Below are positions 30,210-39,096 of a DNA stretch of 47,825 bases, piece by piece (the first letter of the stretch is position 1; the number at the start of each line of letters is the position of its first letter). Made by a program: the position numbers and the translations under genes. The stretch lies in the IMG/VR virus record IMGVR_UViG_3300030399_000026. The stretch is one strand, 5' to 3'. Origin of the DNA: a virus. The notes beneath the pieces are model-generated. The model was not told the DNA's origin. It made no database searches and was given only the letters and a program-made list of their open reading frames with translations.

Positions 30210-30677
30210 TTAGAGAGGCACGAGAACAGAACAGATAAGCAACAGATCGTCCGGTGCAATCTTGCTGTCCGGTGTCGATGGCTTGTAGATGGCGCCCGAG
30301 TCAATCAACCCTGCTGTCACCAGTTGCGAACAGAACCAGTTCGAGGGATTGGACCAAGCGGCGCCGAAGAAGAAGGCGAGGATGGCGAGTTGATTGTACT
30401 CGCGCCCGACTTGCTTCATCAAGAACGCGTAGTACTCTTGCTCAACCGCATTACTCACCGGCAGGACCACACGGCGAGTCTGGTAGTCAAGCACGTAATC
30501 GGCGGGGCGAATCTGCACCCCTTTGGGAACACCCATCACAACGTCGCTGCGGGCGCCAAGCAATCTCCCATCCGGGAGGACAGTGTCGACGTGGCTGTAG
30601 AGGCCGTGGTCGAACCACCTTATCAATTGGGAACCGAAGTCCCCGTTCGAGGTGAATTGGAGAGTGATGGCGCCCAT
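30210..30677 (-). CDS. Permuted NlpC/P60-superfamily (YiiX/C92-like) hydrolase (155 aa)
   Basis: A His-first, Cys-second order is seen: GLYSHVDTVLPDGRLLGA ... NWFCSQLV. Confidence 0.6.
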   Translation of the reverse strand: MGAITLQFTSNGDFGSQLIRWFDHGLYSHVDTVLPDGRLLGARSDVVMGVPKGVQIRPADYVLDYQTRRVVLPVSNAVEQEYYAFLMKQVGREYNQLAILAFFFGAAWSNPSNWFCSQLVTAGLIDSGAIYKPSTPDSKIAPDDLLLICSVLVPL

Positions 30678-30681
30678 AGCT

Positions 30682-31014
30682 TTAGGTTGCGGAGCCGGTG
30701 ATGGTTGCGGCGACTTGAGCCGGGGTGGCCGGGGTCGTCAGCTTGGCGCCGAGGTTCGTCCAGATGGCGGACACGAGGGCCGCAGCAGAGGTAACTGCCG
30801 TGCCTTCGAGGTTGGGCAGAGCCGCCGTCAAAGCAGCCACCGCAGCAGCACCCTTGATAGGCGCCGACAGCGGATTCAGCCACGCTTGCGGATTGGCTTC
30901 GATGTCAGCCAGGGTCGCCACGACGATGGGATTGATAGCCTGGAAGGCTTCGTTCCCAAACAGCGTTGCCAGTTGTTCAAACACGGTAGATGCAGTATCG
31001 GTAGATGTGGTCAT
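30682..31014 (-). CDS. Ala-rich hypothetical protein (110 aa)
   Basis: Clean ORF within the operon. Confidence 0.5.
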   Translation of the reverse strand: MTTSTDTASTVFEQLATLFGNEAFQAINPIVVATLADIEANPQAWLNPLSAPIKGAAAVAALTAALPNLEGTAVTSAAALVSAIWTNLGAKLTTPATPAQVAATITGSAT

Positions 31015-31021
31015 GATTTCC

Positions 31022-31240
31022 TCAATTGGAAGGAGGTGGGGGTAACACCTGTACAGTAGGCACAGGATCGGGGCTCTGCTTGCCGACGAGGTGCACAGCT
31101 AACCCCACCAGCACGTACTTGATGAAGTCGATGAGGTCGCCCGATAAGGCTACATGCGCCACGTCGAGATAGACCCACACCCCGAAGAGGATAAGGCCGA
31201 CCGCAAACTTCAGGTAAAGCAATTGAAGACTGTTGCTCAT
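31022..31240 (-). CDS. Two-TM holin-like protein (72 aa)
   Basis: Hydrophobic segments are LQLLYLKFAVGLILFGVWVYL and FIKYVLVGLAVHLV. The C-terminal tail is Pro-rich. Confidence 0.5.
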   Translation of the reverse strand: MSNSLQLLYLKFAVGLILFGVWVYLDVAHVALSGDLIDFIKYVLVGLAVHLVGKQSPDPVPTVQVLPPPPSN

Positions 31241-31273
31241 TTTACTCTCCTGTGCTAGGCACGCGGAATTATA

Positions 31274-31555
31274 TCACTGGGACAGGAATCCAGTGTAGAT
31301 GCCCAGTTGGTGGGTGTAGGAGAGGGAGTCGGTCACCACGCCCGTTACCGTGAGGTTGCCGCCCACCGTCTCGCTGCCCGTCACGGCCAAGTTCCCCGTG
31401 ACCGTAGTCGTGGGAGGAGGCCCTGCCGAGAAGGAGATGTTGGTGGTCGCCGCCTGTACCCCCGTGATAGCCTGCCACGCTTGGTAAATCCAGTCCGTGA
31501 AACTCCCCAGTCCCGTCAACTGCTGGGTCGGTGGTTGCTGCAACGGTTGTGCCAT
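31274..31555 (-). CDS. Small fibre-like protein with TGNLxVTG repeats (93 aa from ATG 31555)
   Basis: TAATG overlap with the stop of the ATP-grasp gene. Contains VTGNLAVTGSETVGGNLTVTGVV. Confidence 0.5.
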   Translation of the reverse strand: MAQPLQQPPTQQLTGLGSFTDWIYQAWQAITGVQAATTNISFSAGPPPTTTVTGNLAVTGSETVGGNLTVTGVVTDSLSYTHQLGIYTGFLSQ

Positions 31556-32862
31556 TAGAAACTCCACTCCTTAGCAAATCCCATAGCCTTCAAATCCTTG
31601 ATATGCCCCTCACAACGATCACCAATATCATGACGATAGGCGGGACTATTAGGAATCTCCAACTGTTTAACCACACGGTACGCATCATCCTTAGCATCGC
31701 TGACAGATGCACCAGTACCAACCACAACAAGAGGCCACTCCCCCGCAGTGCAGAATAAATCTCGTGCTTCCCATTTTCCATTCTCGAAGACCTCATGCTC
31801 CTTCGCCATGACCTCCACGAGGTGGACGTTCTTCCAGTTCTTGTGGTCGATGCCGAAGAGCGGGATGCCGTCGACTTCCTCGTGGGGGATGTGGCAGTGC
31901 GGGAAGGAGGGTCCGACTATGCACACCCCGATGCAATGGTCATATGATACGCGAAGAGAGTCTTTCCCGTGGACGAGGTCGTAAATCCATGTGGCCGGGT
32001 CGCCCTTGTGGAGGTGCTGGTTCAGGTAGAAGGCGGGCCAACCGCAGCGCATGGTGAATTCCAGGGGCCACGGCACCCCTTTCTCATCGATCATCACCGA
32101 TACGTCGATGTTGCCGCAAAACTTGATGGCCTTGAGAGCTTGCTCTAAGGGGCGGAGGACCATGTCTCCAAGCGTGCTGTGGTCGACGTACTTCATTGCC
32201 GTTCCCATTTCGCCTGTATTCATTCCGATGTCGTGGGCAAAGAGCTTCTTGTGTTCGAAATTTTCTTCGGTCACGCTACTAAAGCCGTGCGGCCCAAACC
32301 ACGCACCACAGGCAAACTCCACCCCCTTCATCTTGTCCTGAAGGATGAAGTCCTGCTTAGCTGACCCATAAACCTTCTGCGCCCGCTTCATCATAGCTAC
32401 CAGATCGTCAGGCCCCTTCCCGACATAGCTAAGAGCGCGGTCAGCATCACCAATAGGCTTGCAAGCAAACTCACCGTTACTAGATTTGATATGGGCAATC
32501 GCATCATCGTAAGACGAGAAACGGGTATATGGAAGCACCTTAATGCCGTGATCCTCAAGCACCTGCTGACCCACGCACCGGTCGAGTTCCCAAGCCGCAG
32601 CGGCCTTGTTGGCCCCGAATATCGGGTAGCCCTTCGCATAATAGTCCTCCATCTCCCAGCCATACTTGGCTGATGCAGTACACATGATGAGGTCAGCCCA
32701 GCGCATCCACTGGCGCCAATCCTTAACCCGGTTCGTCAGGCCCATGCCGATGTTAGGCCGCTTACCCGGAGAGAGGTAGTGCTTAACATCATGGCCTGCC
32801 GCCTGACTCCTGACGCAGAAGTCCACCCCCGTCCCATACACATCAATCATTAGAATCTTCAT
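31555..32862 (-). CDS. PurD-like (phosphoribosylamine-glycine ligase family) ATP-grasp enzyme, diverged (435 aa)
   Basis: Collinear with PurD by eye. [12 protein letters not shown] matches [40 protein letters not shown] matches [47 protein letters not shown] matches [32 protein letters not shown] matches VIEFNCRFGDPE. The C-terminal [20 protein letters not shown]...RHDIGDR matches VTALGHTVAEAQKRAY...RKDIGWR. It has an ATGA overlap with the upstream internal-protein gene. Confidence 0.75.
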   Translation of the reverse strand: [435 protein letters not shown]

Positions 32863-35858
32863 TGCGCATCCCTCTTCGCATCAGCCCGTGCATTGGCCTT
32901 GTTCGTCCGTTCTAACCACTTCTGCGTTTTCTCGACCTGTTCCCGGCTGGGATTATTAATCCCAAACTGTTGCAAGATAATCTGCTTAACAGACTTCTTG
33001 CCCGAGTTATACGACTGCACCAACGCCAACGGCGCCAGTTGCTTCTCCAGATACTTATCCAACCCAGTCCCGCCGCTACCATAAATCTTCTTACCCGTGA
33101 ACGAGTCCTTGTCGCTTGCCAATTCCCCGGCCATCTTAAACGCAGGGCTAGACGGGAACGCCGTCCCCATGATCTGGGTAGCATCCTTCTTCCCTACGAA
33201 AGCATCGTGGACAAGGGTAGGGATAGTAGCAGGGCCATAGCGAGTCGCAGTGGCGTTCGGATTCCCTGTGACAGTCGCGGCCATCTTGTCCATAATATGC
33301 GGATAAACGAAGAAGGAAATGAAAGCAGTCGCAGCGATCTGATCCAAAGCCTTAGCTCGTTGAAGGGCATTAAGTCCCTTGTCGGTTCGAGTAAGGTCAG
33401 TAAGCATATGGCCGTAAGAAGCCATACGGCCATAGTCGTAACGTCCAAAAGCAGCGATGGCCGGATTACGGAGCGCAAGACTAAGACCACGACTGCCAAG
33501 CACTCGATTGGGAACACGATAGTTCGGCACGTGCTTTTCCACGTCCGCCACTGCCTCTGCCACTGTATACCCCGCACGTTCCTTCTCCAAGTAGGCTTGC
33601 ATCATGATGACATCGTTGGTGAACCAGAGCGACTTACGGGATGTGCCGTAGACGGCCTTGACCCATGCGGCGGGGTTGGCGTAGCCGAATGACTTTGCCA
33701 ACGAGCCCGCTGCCGGATCGGAGCCGACCTTCTTCAACACCGTCTCGAAGAAGTCATTCGTGTAGACACTCGGGTACATCAACCCCGCACCTTCATTCAG
33801 GTACTTCATGTAATTGTGGTCCTTATTCCAGACTGCTTTCCATGCGTCGACAGTGGTGGTGGTCAGGTTCGGGTTCAACGCCCTGCCTGCCTCTTTGCCC
33901 AGCGCCACCACATTGCCCACCAGCCCCTTCGCCACGACCGAGTGCGTCAGCACGTTCATGATGTGAGTGAGCGGGTTGAAGAATAGACTCCCCACCACAA
34001 ACCGAGTCAACTTCCCAAGCCTGTCGACAAGATCACCGTGTACCGTGCCCTTAAAGTCTTCAAAAGTTTCCGCCATCTGCGGATGCATCTTCCACCCTTC
34101 GAACTGACGCGTCCCTGGCATGTCAACAGTACGCCAGTCTGCGGGCGCGGCCGACGTTGCAGGCCTTGCCATTTGCAGGAACTCAGGCGTGGTCTTAATG
34201 TTCTCAATCGCTTGCGCATTGATGAGGGCCTTCTGCATGTCGACGTTCGCTTGGACAACAGCAGCAACCGGGTCCTTGTGGTATCGAGAGTTGGTGTTGG
34301 CCTCGATTTCCTTGACGGTTGCATCGCCTTTCTTTGCCCACGTTGCACCTTGAACTGCGACTCCACCTTTGCCATCTTCGACTCCACTCGCAATGCGCTG
34401 GTTGTTCTTATAGAGGATGACCCGATCCGTCTGCGGGTCCGTGACACCGATGAGTCGGTCGCCGCCAGGGGACTCGACAGCGAAGGTCGTCCGCTCCTTC
34501 AACTCGGGCGCACCAGTCGCCAGTGTCTTGGGCTTAGTCTTGACATCCATAGGCGCATCGAAGTCCCCGAAGAGACCTCGTGTCGGCTTATCCATCGGGC
34601 GCCGGGTTATGTAGTTCGCTTGGTCCGGTCCCACGTCGATGCCGTAGTCGTTCTTGAGCCGGTCTCGGAGGAGCGCCGTCTTTTTAGCCACCGGATCAAG
34701 CACGTTTTTCTTCCAAGCAAGCGCATCCGGCGAGAGTTTAGACGTGTCCCCACTATCATAGGCATGGAAGATGTCCTCCTTGATGGCGGCGTAGTTGGCG
34801 GGAAGTTGCTGGTCGACACTCGCCATCCACTTGGTCATGATGGCGTCAGTCTTTCCCTCAGCCCGAGCGAGTTGATGGCTCACGTGTCGAGCCGATTGCC
34901 CCGCAACCATATTGGCATGTGCCGTGTCTTGGGCACCGAGCAGGAACTTCGCCACCGGGTCGAGCGCATCCTGAAGAGTCTTGCTCCGGGTCAGCCCAAC
35001 AGGCGCAGCCATCTGCGTGATCGTATCAATCGTCGGGTCCCACTTCGATGGAATGCCCAGTTGATGGGCTACCTGTTTGGTAGGGTCTCCCAGCAATCCC
35101 TGAGTCACACTCGTCACCGGAGAGAAAGGCAGACCCAGCGCATCAAGAGCGGTATGAAAAGCCCCCTTGATGGAAGGCTTCTGCACCAACTTCCCGATGT
35201 CACTGAACAAAGTCTTGGCATCCTGCGCCATGAGGTCCACTGCCCTGTCTGCCGGATGCATAATGGCGTAGAGCGGGTCTCCAGGCTGGGTCTCCCCCTC
35301 GTGGAAGAAACCGGCTTGTGCCAGTAACGGATGCTCCTTCGAATCCTTCTGCGCCTGTTGCATCTGCTGTTGCTTCTGTTCGACGGGGCTAGGCTTCTGC
35401 GCAGCGGCAGGAGGCGTAGGCCCCTTCGACAGCGACGATAGAGCAGGAGGTGCATCATCCCCGAACAAGGCGGATGCCGGTGGCTTCCACTTAGTCATCA
35501 GACCGTTGACGTAGTTCTTGGTCTCGTGGTTATCGAGGTTGCCGTTAGGCCCTGCGTTGTAACGAGCGAGTCCCTTGGCGACATCGCCACCTGAGAGGTC
35601 GATCATCTTCTTCAGGTAGGGGGCACCAGCATCCGGGTTCTTAGGGTCGAACGGAGCCAGCCCAAAGCCTGGACTCTTCGCAGTCGAGGGCATCACCTGA
35701 CTCGCCCCCACCGCACCCTTCTTCGAGACGGCGTCATTCCGGGTGTTGCTCTCCTGCTCCTTCACCAAAGGCCACAGCCCCTTAGGCAACCCAGCCGCCT
35801 CACCCGGATCGGGCGGCGGACCAAACACATCGTTAGCGGTAGGCAGTGCTTGTGCCAT
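32859..35858 (-). CDS. Giant internal virion (ejection) protein with an N-terminal SLT lytic transglycosylase domain (999 aa from ATG 35858)
   Basis: KEQESNTRNDAVSKKGAVGASQVMPSTA...LARYNAGPNG shows the E-S, (G)xxQ and YNAG SLT motifs. The size and position resemble T7 gp16-type proteins. TAATG overlap with the upstream gene. Confidence 0.8.
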   Translation of the reverse strand: MAQALPTANDVFGPPPDPGEAAGLPKGLWPLVKEQESNTRNDAVSKKGAVGASQVMPSTAKSPGFGLAPFDPKNPDAGAPYLKKMIDLSGGDVAKGLARYNAGPNGNLDNHETKNYVNGLMTKWKPPASALFGDDAPPALSSLSKGPTPPAAAQKPSPVEQKQQQMQQAQKDSKEHPLLAQAGFFHEGETQPGDPLYAIMHPADRAVDLMAQDAKTLFSDIGKLVQKPSIKGAFHTALDALGLPFSPVTSVTQGLLGDPTKQVAHQLGIPSKWDPTIDTITQMAAPVGLTRSKTLQDALDPVAKFLLGAQDTAHANMVAGQSARHVSHQLARAEGKTDAIMTKWMASVDQQLPANYAAIKEDIFHAYDSGDTSKLSPDALAWKKNVLDPVAKKTALLRDRLKNDYGIDVGPDQANYITRRPMDKPTRGLFGDFDAPMDVKTKPKTLATGAPELKERTTFAVESPGGDRLIGVTDPQTDRVILYKNNQRIASGVEDGKGGVAVQGATWAKKGDATVKEIEANTNSRYHKDPVAAVVQANVDMQKALINAQAIENIKTTPEFLQMARPATSAAPADWRTVDMPGTRQFEGWKMHPQMAETFEDFKGTVHGDLVDRLGKLTRFVVGSLFFNPLTHIMNVLTHSVVAKGLVGNVVALGKEAGRALNPNLTTTTVDAWKAVWNKDHNYMKYLNEGAGLMYPSVYTNDFFETVLKKVGSDPAAGSLAKSFGYANPAAWVKAVYGTSRKSLWFTNDVIMMQAYLEKERAGYTVAEAVADVEKHVPNYRVPNRVLGSRGLSLALRNPAIAAFGRYDYGRMASYGHMLTDLTRTDKGLNALQRAKALDQIAATAFISFFVYPHIMDKMAATVTGNPNATATRYGPATIPTLVHDAFVGKKDATQIMGTAFPSSPAFKMAGELASDKDSFTGKKIYGSGGTGLDKYLEKQLAPLALVQSYNSGKKSVKQIILQQFGINNPSREQVEKTQKWLERTNKANARADAKRDAQ

Positions 35859-37117
35859 TATTGAACCCACCCTTGTTTACGTGCATAGGCGATAGCATCA
35901 TCTCGGCTGATCTTCTTGTCCTTGACGGCTTGCTGGAGAGAGAGGACCGAGTCGAACTTGCCTGCGGTTGCGGCAGGCGGCAACGGCTTACCCTGTGCTT
36001 GCGGGCCTGCTTTGGGCTGAACCTTCGGCGGGATGTGGGAGTACTGAGGATCGCTGCCGAACATGCCATTGCCGCCCGGAACAGAAGGCTTGAACAGCCC
36101 TTCCTTATCCATCTGCTGCATCGTCTCTTCCAGCGCTTGGTCGTAGTCCTCGGGCTCGTAGGTCGAGCCTGCGGGAGCATCCTTCAAGTCCTGAGACAAC
36201 TTCAACTTCGTCCGCTGCGCCGCCATCGTGGCTACCGTATCGCGGAGGTTAGTCGGCATGTTGGCCGTGCGGTCATCGGTTGCGAAGACGCCCTTGGCCG
36301 CATCGAGTTCCGGCTTCTGCACCTTGGCCGCATTCGCCGCCTGACGAGCCGTGTCCCCGAGCTTGTGCATGTCGAGTCCTTCCTGCGCCCGCTGGTCCCG
36401 AATGGCGTCCTCACCCACCTTATGATGTTGCATGAACTCCGCATCCTGGGTGCGCTTCTGCTCAAGGTTGAGCTTCTGGATGCTGATGCCAAGGCCCTGG
36501 TCGAGTTGAGACAGGCGAGCACTGCGGTAGGAGTTCAATCCCTTGTAGGCTTGCTCCTTATCGGAGGCCGTGGTCTGCTGGGCGGCGGTCATCGTCGACT
36601 TGGCGATCTGCTGAAGCTTGGGCGCATCCTGCTGATAGTCACCCGTCAGGTTCAACGTCGAGATATCCACACCCGCCGCCTGGAGTTCCGGCAGTGCAGC
36701 GTTGTAAGCCTCTTGCGAATCAACCGCGCTGAGGATGCCTCCTACCGCCTTCATCTTGTTCTGCTGGTTGGACTGCTGGAGCTTGCTAGTCTCGGCGGCA
36801 CGATACCCCGCCATCGAGATAGACGACAGCAGAGAGCCCGCCTCCTTGACATTGCCCGTCTTGAACATCAGACCAGCGGTTGCCTGAAGTTTAGGCAGCA
36901 TGTCGGGCGTTGGGTTGGATGCCGCATCGGTTGCCGTCAATCCCGCGCCGGGTCCCCAAATCTGCTGCATGCCATCCTGCATCGACTTCTGATTTGCCAA
37001 CTCCACCTTAGCGGCCTCGTTGGTTGTCTTCAGATAGTCGGTGCGTGCCTTCTCCTGCTCCGCTTGGATGGGCGCCGAGTAGCCTCGGAATGCAATATCA
37101 AACAAAGAATCAGCCAT
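35858..37117 (-). CDS. Internal virion protein (419 aa)
   Basis: Gln/Ala/Lys-rich, coiled-coil-like, and located in the ejection-protein block. Confidence 0.55.
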   Translation of the reverse strand: MADSLFDIAFRGYSAPIQAEQEKARTDYLKTTNEAAKVELANQKSMQDGMQQIWGPGAGLTATDAASNPTPDMLPKLQATAGLMFKTGNVKEAGSLLSSISMAGYRAAETSKLQQSNQQNKMKAVGGILSAVDSQEAYNAALPELQAAGVDISTLNLTGDYQQDAPKLQQIAKSTMTAAQQTTASDKEQAYKGLNSYRSARLSQLDQGLGISIQKLNLEQKRTQDAEFMQHHKVGEDAIRDQRAQEGLDMHKLGDTARQAANAAKVQKPELDAAKGVFATDDRTANMPTNLRDTVATMAAQRTKLKLSQDLKDAPAGSTYEPEDYDQALEETMQQMDKEGLFKPSVPGGNGMFGSDPQYSHIPPKVQPKAGPQAQGKPLPPAATAGKFDSVLSLQQAVKDKKISRDDAIAYARKQGWVQ

Positions 37118-37119
37118 GC

Positions 37120-37869
37120 TTAGTCACCTCCTCCAGAACCACCACCTTCCCCACCATCTCCACCGCCGTCACCACCATCGCCGCCATCTCCTTGCCCACC
37201 GCCGTAGGAGCCTACTCCTGTGCCTGCGCCGGGACCGCCGAGGGCGCCGGAGTCTGTTCCTTGTCCGCTGCTGGCCGCGCCTTCAGCATTGGCGCCCGAG
37301 TCCGCCGACTGGCCGGGGCCTGCGAAGCCTGCCGTGTTGGCACCGACTCCAGCGACACCAGATGTGGCACCGAGGGCCGCAGCGTTGGCATTGGTCTGCC
37401 CCGCCGACATTGCGTTCGAGTCGCCGCCTGGAGCGTTCTTGACTGCTGTCTTGACGCCGAGGCTGAGGGCGAGCCCGACGATACCGCCAATCGGCCCACC
37501 GATAAGGCCCCCAATTGCCATGCTCCCGATCTGGCCCATTATACCGCCCATGACCGAGCCGAGAGCGCTTGAATCGCCGCCAAACTGGCTGGAAGCTGTC
37601 CCCCCTACTCCTGCACCATGCCCGCTGCCAGCAGCCCCGCCACCGCTGCCCTGGTTGGCTGAGCCGCCCTTGCCGTTCACAGCGGACCCCGCCGACTGAG
37701 TTCCCCCCAACGCCGTAGTCAGAAGGTTCCCCAGGTTCGAGTTCACCTGATTGGAGTTGTACCCATTCCCCCCATACAGCGCCTTCAAGTTCTGTATCGA
37801 GGCGAGGGGGTTAGCACTGGGGTCGTTCTGCTTGACGCTCAGGGCTTGTGTCAGAAAGTTATCCATCAC
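37120..37869 (-). CDS. Gly-rich membrane-active internal protein (249 aa)
   Basis: Contains a glycine-zipper hydrophobic core, SVMGGIMGQIGSMAIGGLIGGPIGGIVGLALSLG. The C-terminal tail is (GGD/GGG)n. Confidence 0.55.
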   Translation of the reverse strand: MMDNFLTQALSVKQNDPSANPLASIQNLKALYGGNGYNSNQVNSNLGNLLTTALGGTQSAGSAVNGKGGSANQGSGGGAAGSGHGAGVGGTASSQFGGDSSALGSVMGGIMGQIGSMAIGGLIGGPIGGIVGLALSLGVKTAVKNAPGGDSNAMSAGQTNANAAALGATSGVAGVGANTAGFAGPGQSADSGANAEGAASSGQGTDSGALGGPGAGTGVGSYGGGQGDGGDGGDGGGDGGEGGGSGGGD

Positions 37870-39095
37870 AGCCCCAAGAGAGCGCTCAACCCATCACTCA
37901 CGCCGGAGTCAGTACCGCCCGACAGGAGGGACTCGAAGCCGCCACTTGCAGAAGAGCCGAGGGAACTATCCAGCCCATCCACTGTCAGACCGCTCAATGC
38001 CCCCTGAGCGGAGCCACTGCCGAAGAGACTGGACAGGCTGTCAGAGATGCCGGAGGAGTTGCCGCCGAAAAGGCTGGACAACAAGCTGCCTGCGCTGCTG
38101 CCCAAAGCGGACCCTGCTCCCGTGATACCGGCGCCGATGTTGCCGAGTGCGGTGTTCGTGTTGGCGAACTGGCCCGAGAGAATCTGCCCCGCTGCTCCCG
38201 GCGAACCTGTGGTAGCCCCGCTCAACTGGCCCAAGGAACTCAACAACCCCTGATTGGCATTGTTGATGTTGCCAGTCGAGGCGTTGTAGAGGGACCCTGC
38301 TCCGCTGATCTGGCTCATGAGGTTGCTGGCCGTGTCCTGCTGATTCGTGACAGCGGCGCTGTTGAACCCCATCTCGTTCTGCTCTTGTTGTTGGAGCAAG
38401 GAGGCTTCACCTTGGTTCTGCGCCAACCCTTGGTTGAAGGTCTGCCCCTGCAACGCGGCCTGCTCTTGCGTGGCTTGGAGGTTCTCGTTGTTGGCGGTCG
38501 TCGAGCCTGTGACCAGATCGTTGAAGGTCTGCTGGTAGGCGCCGGAAGCGTACTGCTGCCCGTACTGTTCGAGTTGGGTAAGAGCCGCGCCCGAGACAGC
38601 CGTGCCACTGGAGGCAGCACTGCGAGTAGCCGAGTTGAGCCCGAGTTGGTACTGCGCCTGGATGGCGGGGTTGCTCATGTAGTTACCGGCGAGCGCAGAC
38701 AATTGGCTCGTGAGGTTTGAGCCTGCGTTGTTCTCGGAGGCGGTCGTCGACCCGGCGTTAGTGTTCAACCCGGCGATACCACTGATCTGGCCGTTGAGTG
38801 CGGAGGTCAGGTTCTGCGCCGTGGAAAGAGCCCCCGGATCACCAGTGACAGCAGTGTTGGCCCCCATCAAAGCGTTGCCCGCCCCTGTGGTCAACTGTGA
38901 CCCGGCAGTGGCTTCGGCGCCCGTGTTAGCCAACTGCCCGCTCACCATCGGCTGGTAGTTGGCATACTGTCCGCCGAAGGGGGAAGCCGCAGCAGCGCCC
39001 GCCGCAGCGTTAGTCCCCGCCGAGCCGAGTTGCGAAATGCCCGCAGCACCACTGAAGATGCCCGAGAGAAGTTGTGCCAGCGAAGATGGGTCCAT
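37866..39095 (-). CDS. Low-complexity Gly/Ser/Ala/Gln/Asn-rich internal or tail protein (409 aa)
   Basis: Long clean ORF with an ATGA overlap to the next gene. Confidence 0.55.
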   Translation of the reverse strand: MDPSSLAQLLSGIFSGAAGISQLGSAGTNAAAGAAAASPFGGQYANYQPMVSGQLANTGAEATAGSQLTTGAGNALMGANTAVTGDPGALSTAQNLTSALNGQISGIAGLNTNAGSTTASENNAGSNLTSQLSALAGNYMSNPAIQAQYQLGLNSATRSAASSGTAVSGAALTQLEQYGQQYASGAYQQTFNDLVTGSTTANNENLQATQEQAALQGQTFNQGLAQNQGEASLLQQQEQNEMGFNSAAVTNQQDTASNLMSQISGAGSLYNASTGNINNANQGLLSSLGQLSGATTGSPGAAGQILSGQFANTNTALGNIGAGITGAGSALGSSAGSLLSSLFGGNSSGISDSLSSLFGSGSAQGALSGLTVDGLDSSLGSSASGGFESLLSGGTDSGVSDGLSALLGL

Positions 39096-39096
39096 T

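Noticed and set aside
35846-37123. Long antisense or out-of-frame ORFs in the track. Examples: 35846-37123 (+, 425 aa), 34038-35327 (+), 39160-40200 (+), 41104-41961 (+), 44551-45534 (+), 45860-46903 (+), 12647-13261 (-), 14295-14915 (-), 15511-16269 (-), 20307-20951 (-).
   Set aside because: They lie opposite or out of frame to ORFs with recognisable motifs or tight translational coupling. Their Arg/Leu/Gly/His-rich composition is typical of shadow frames in GC-rich DNA, and they lack RBS-led starts.
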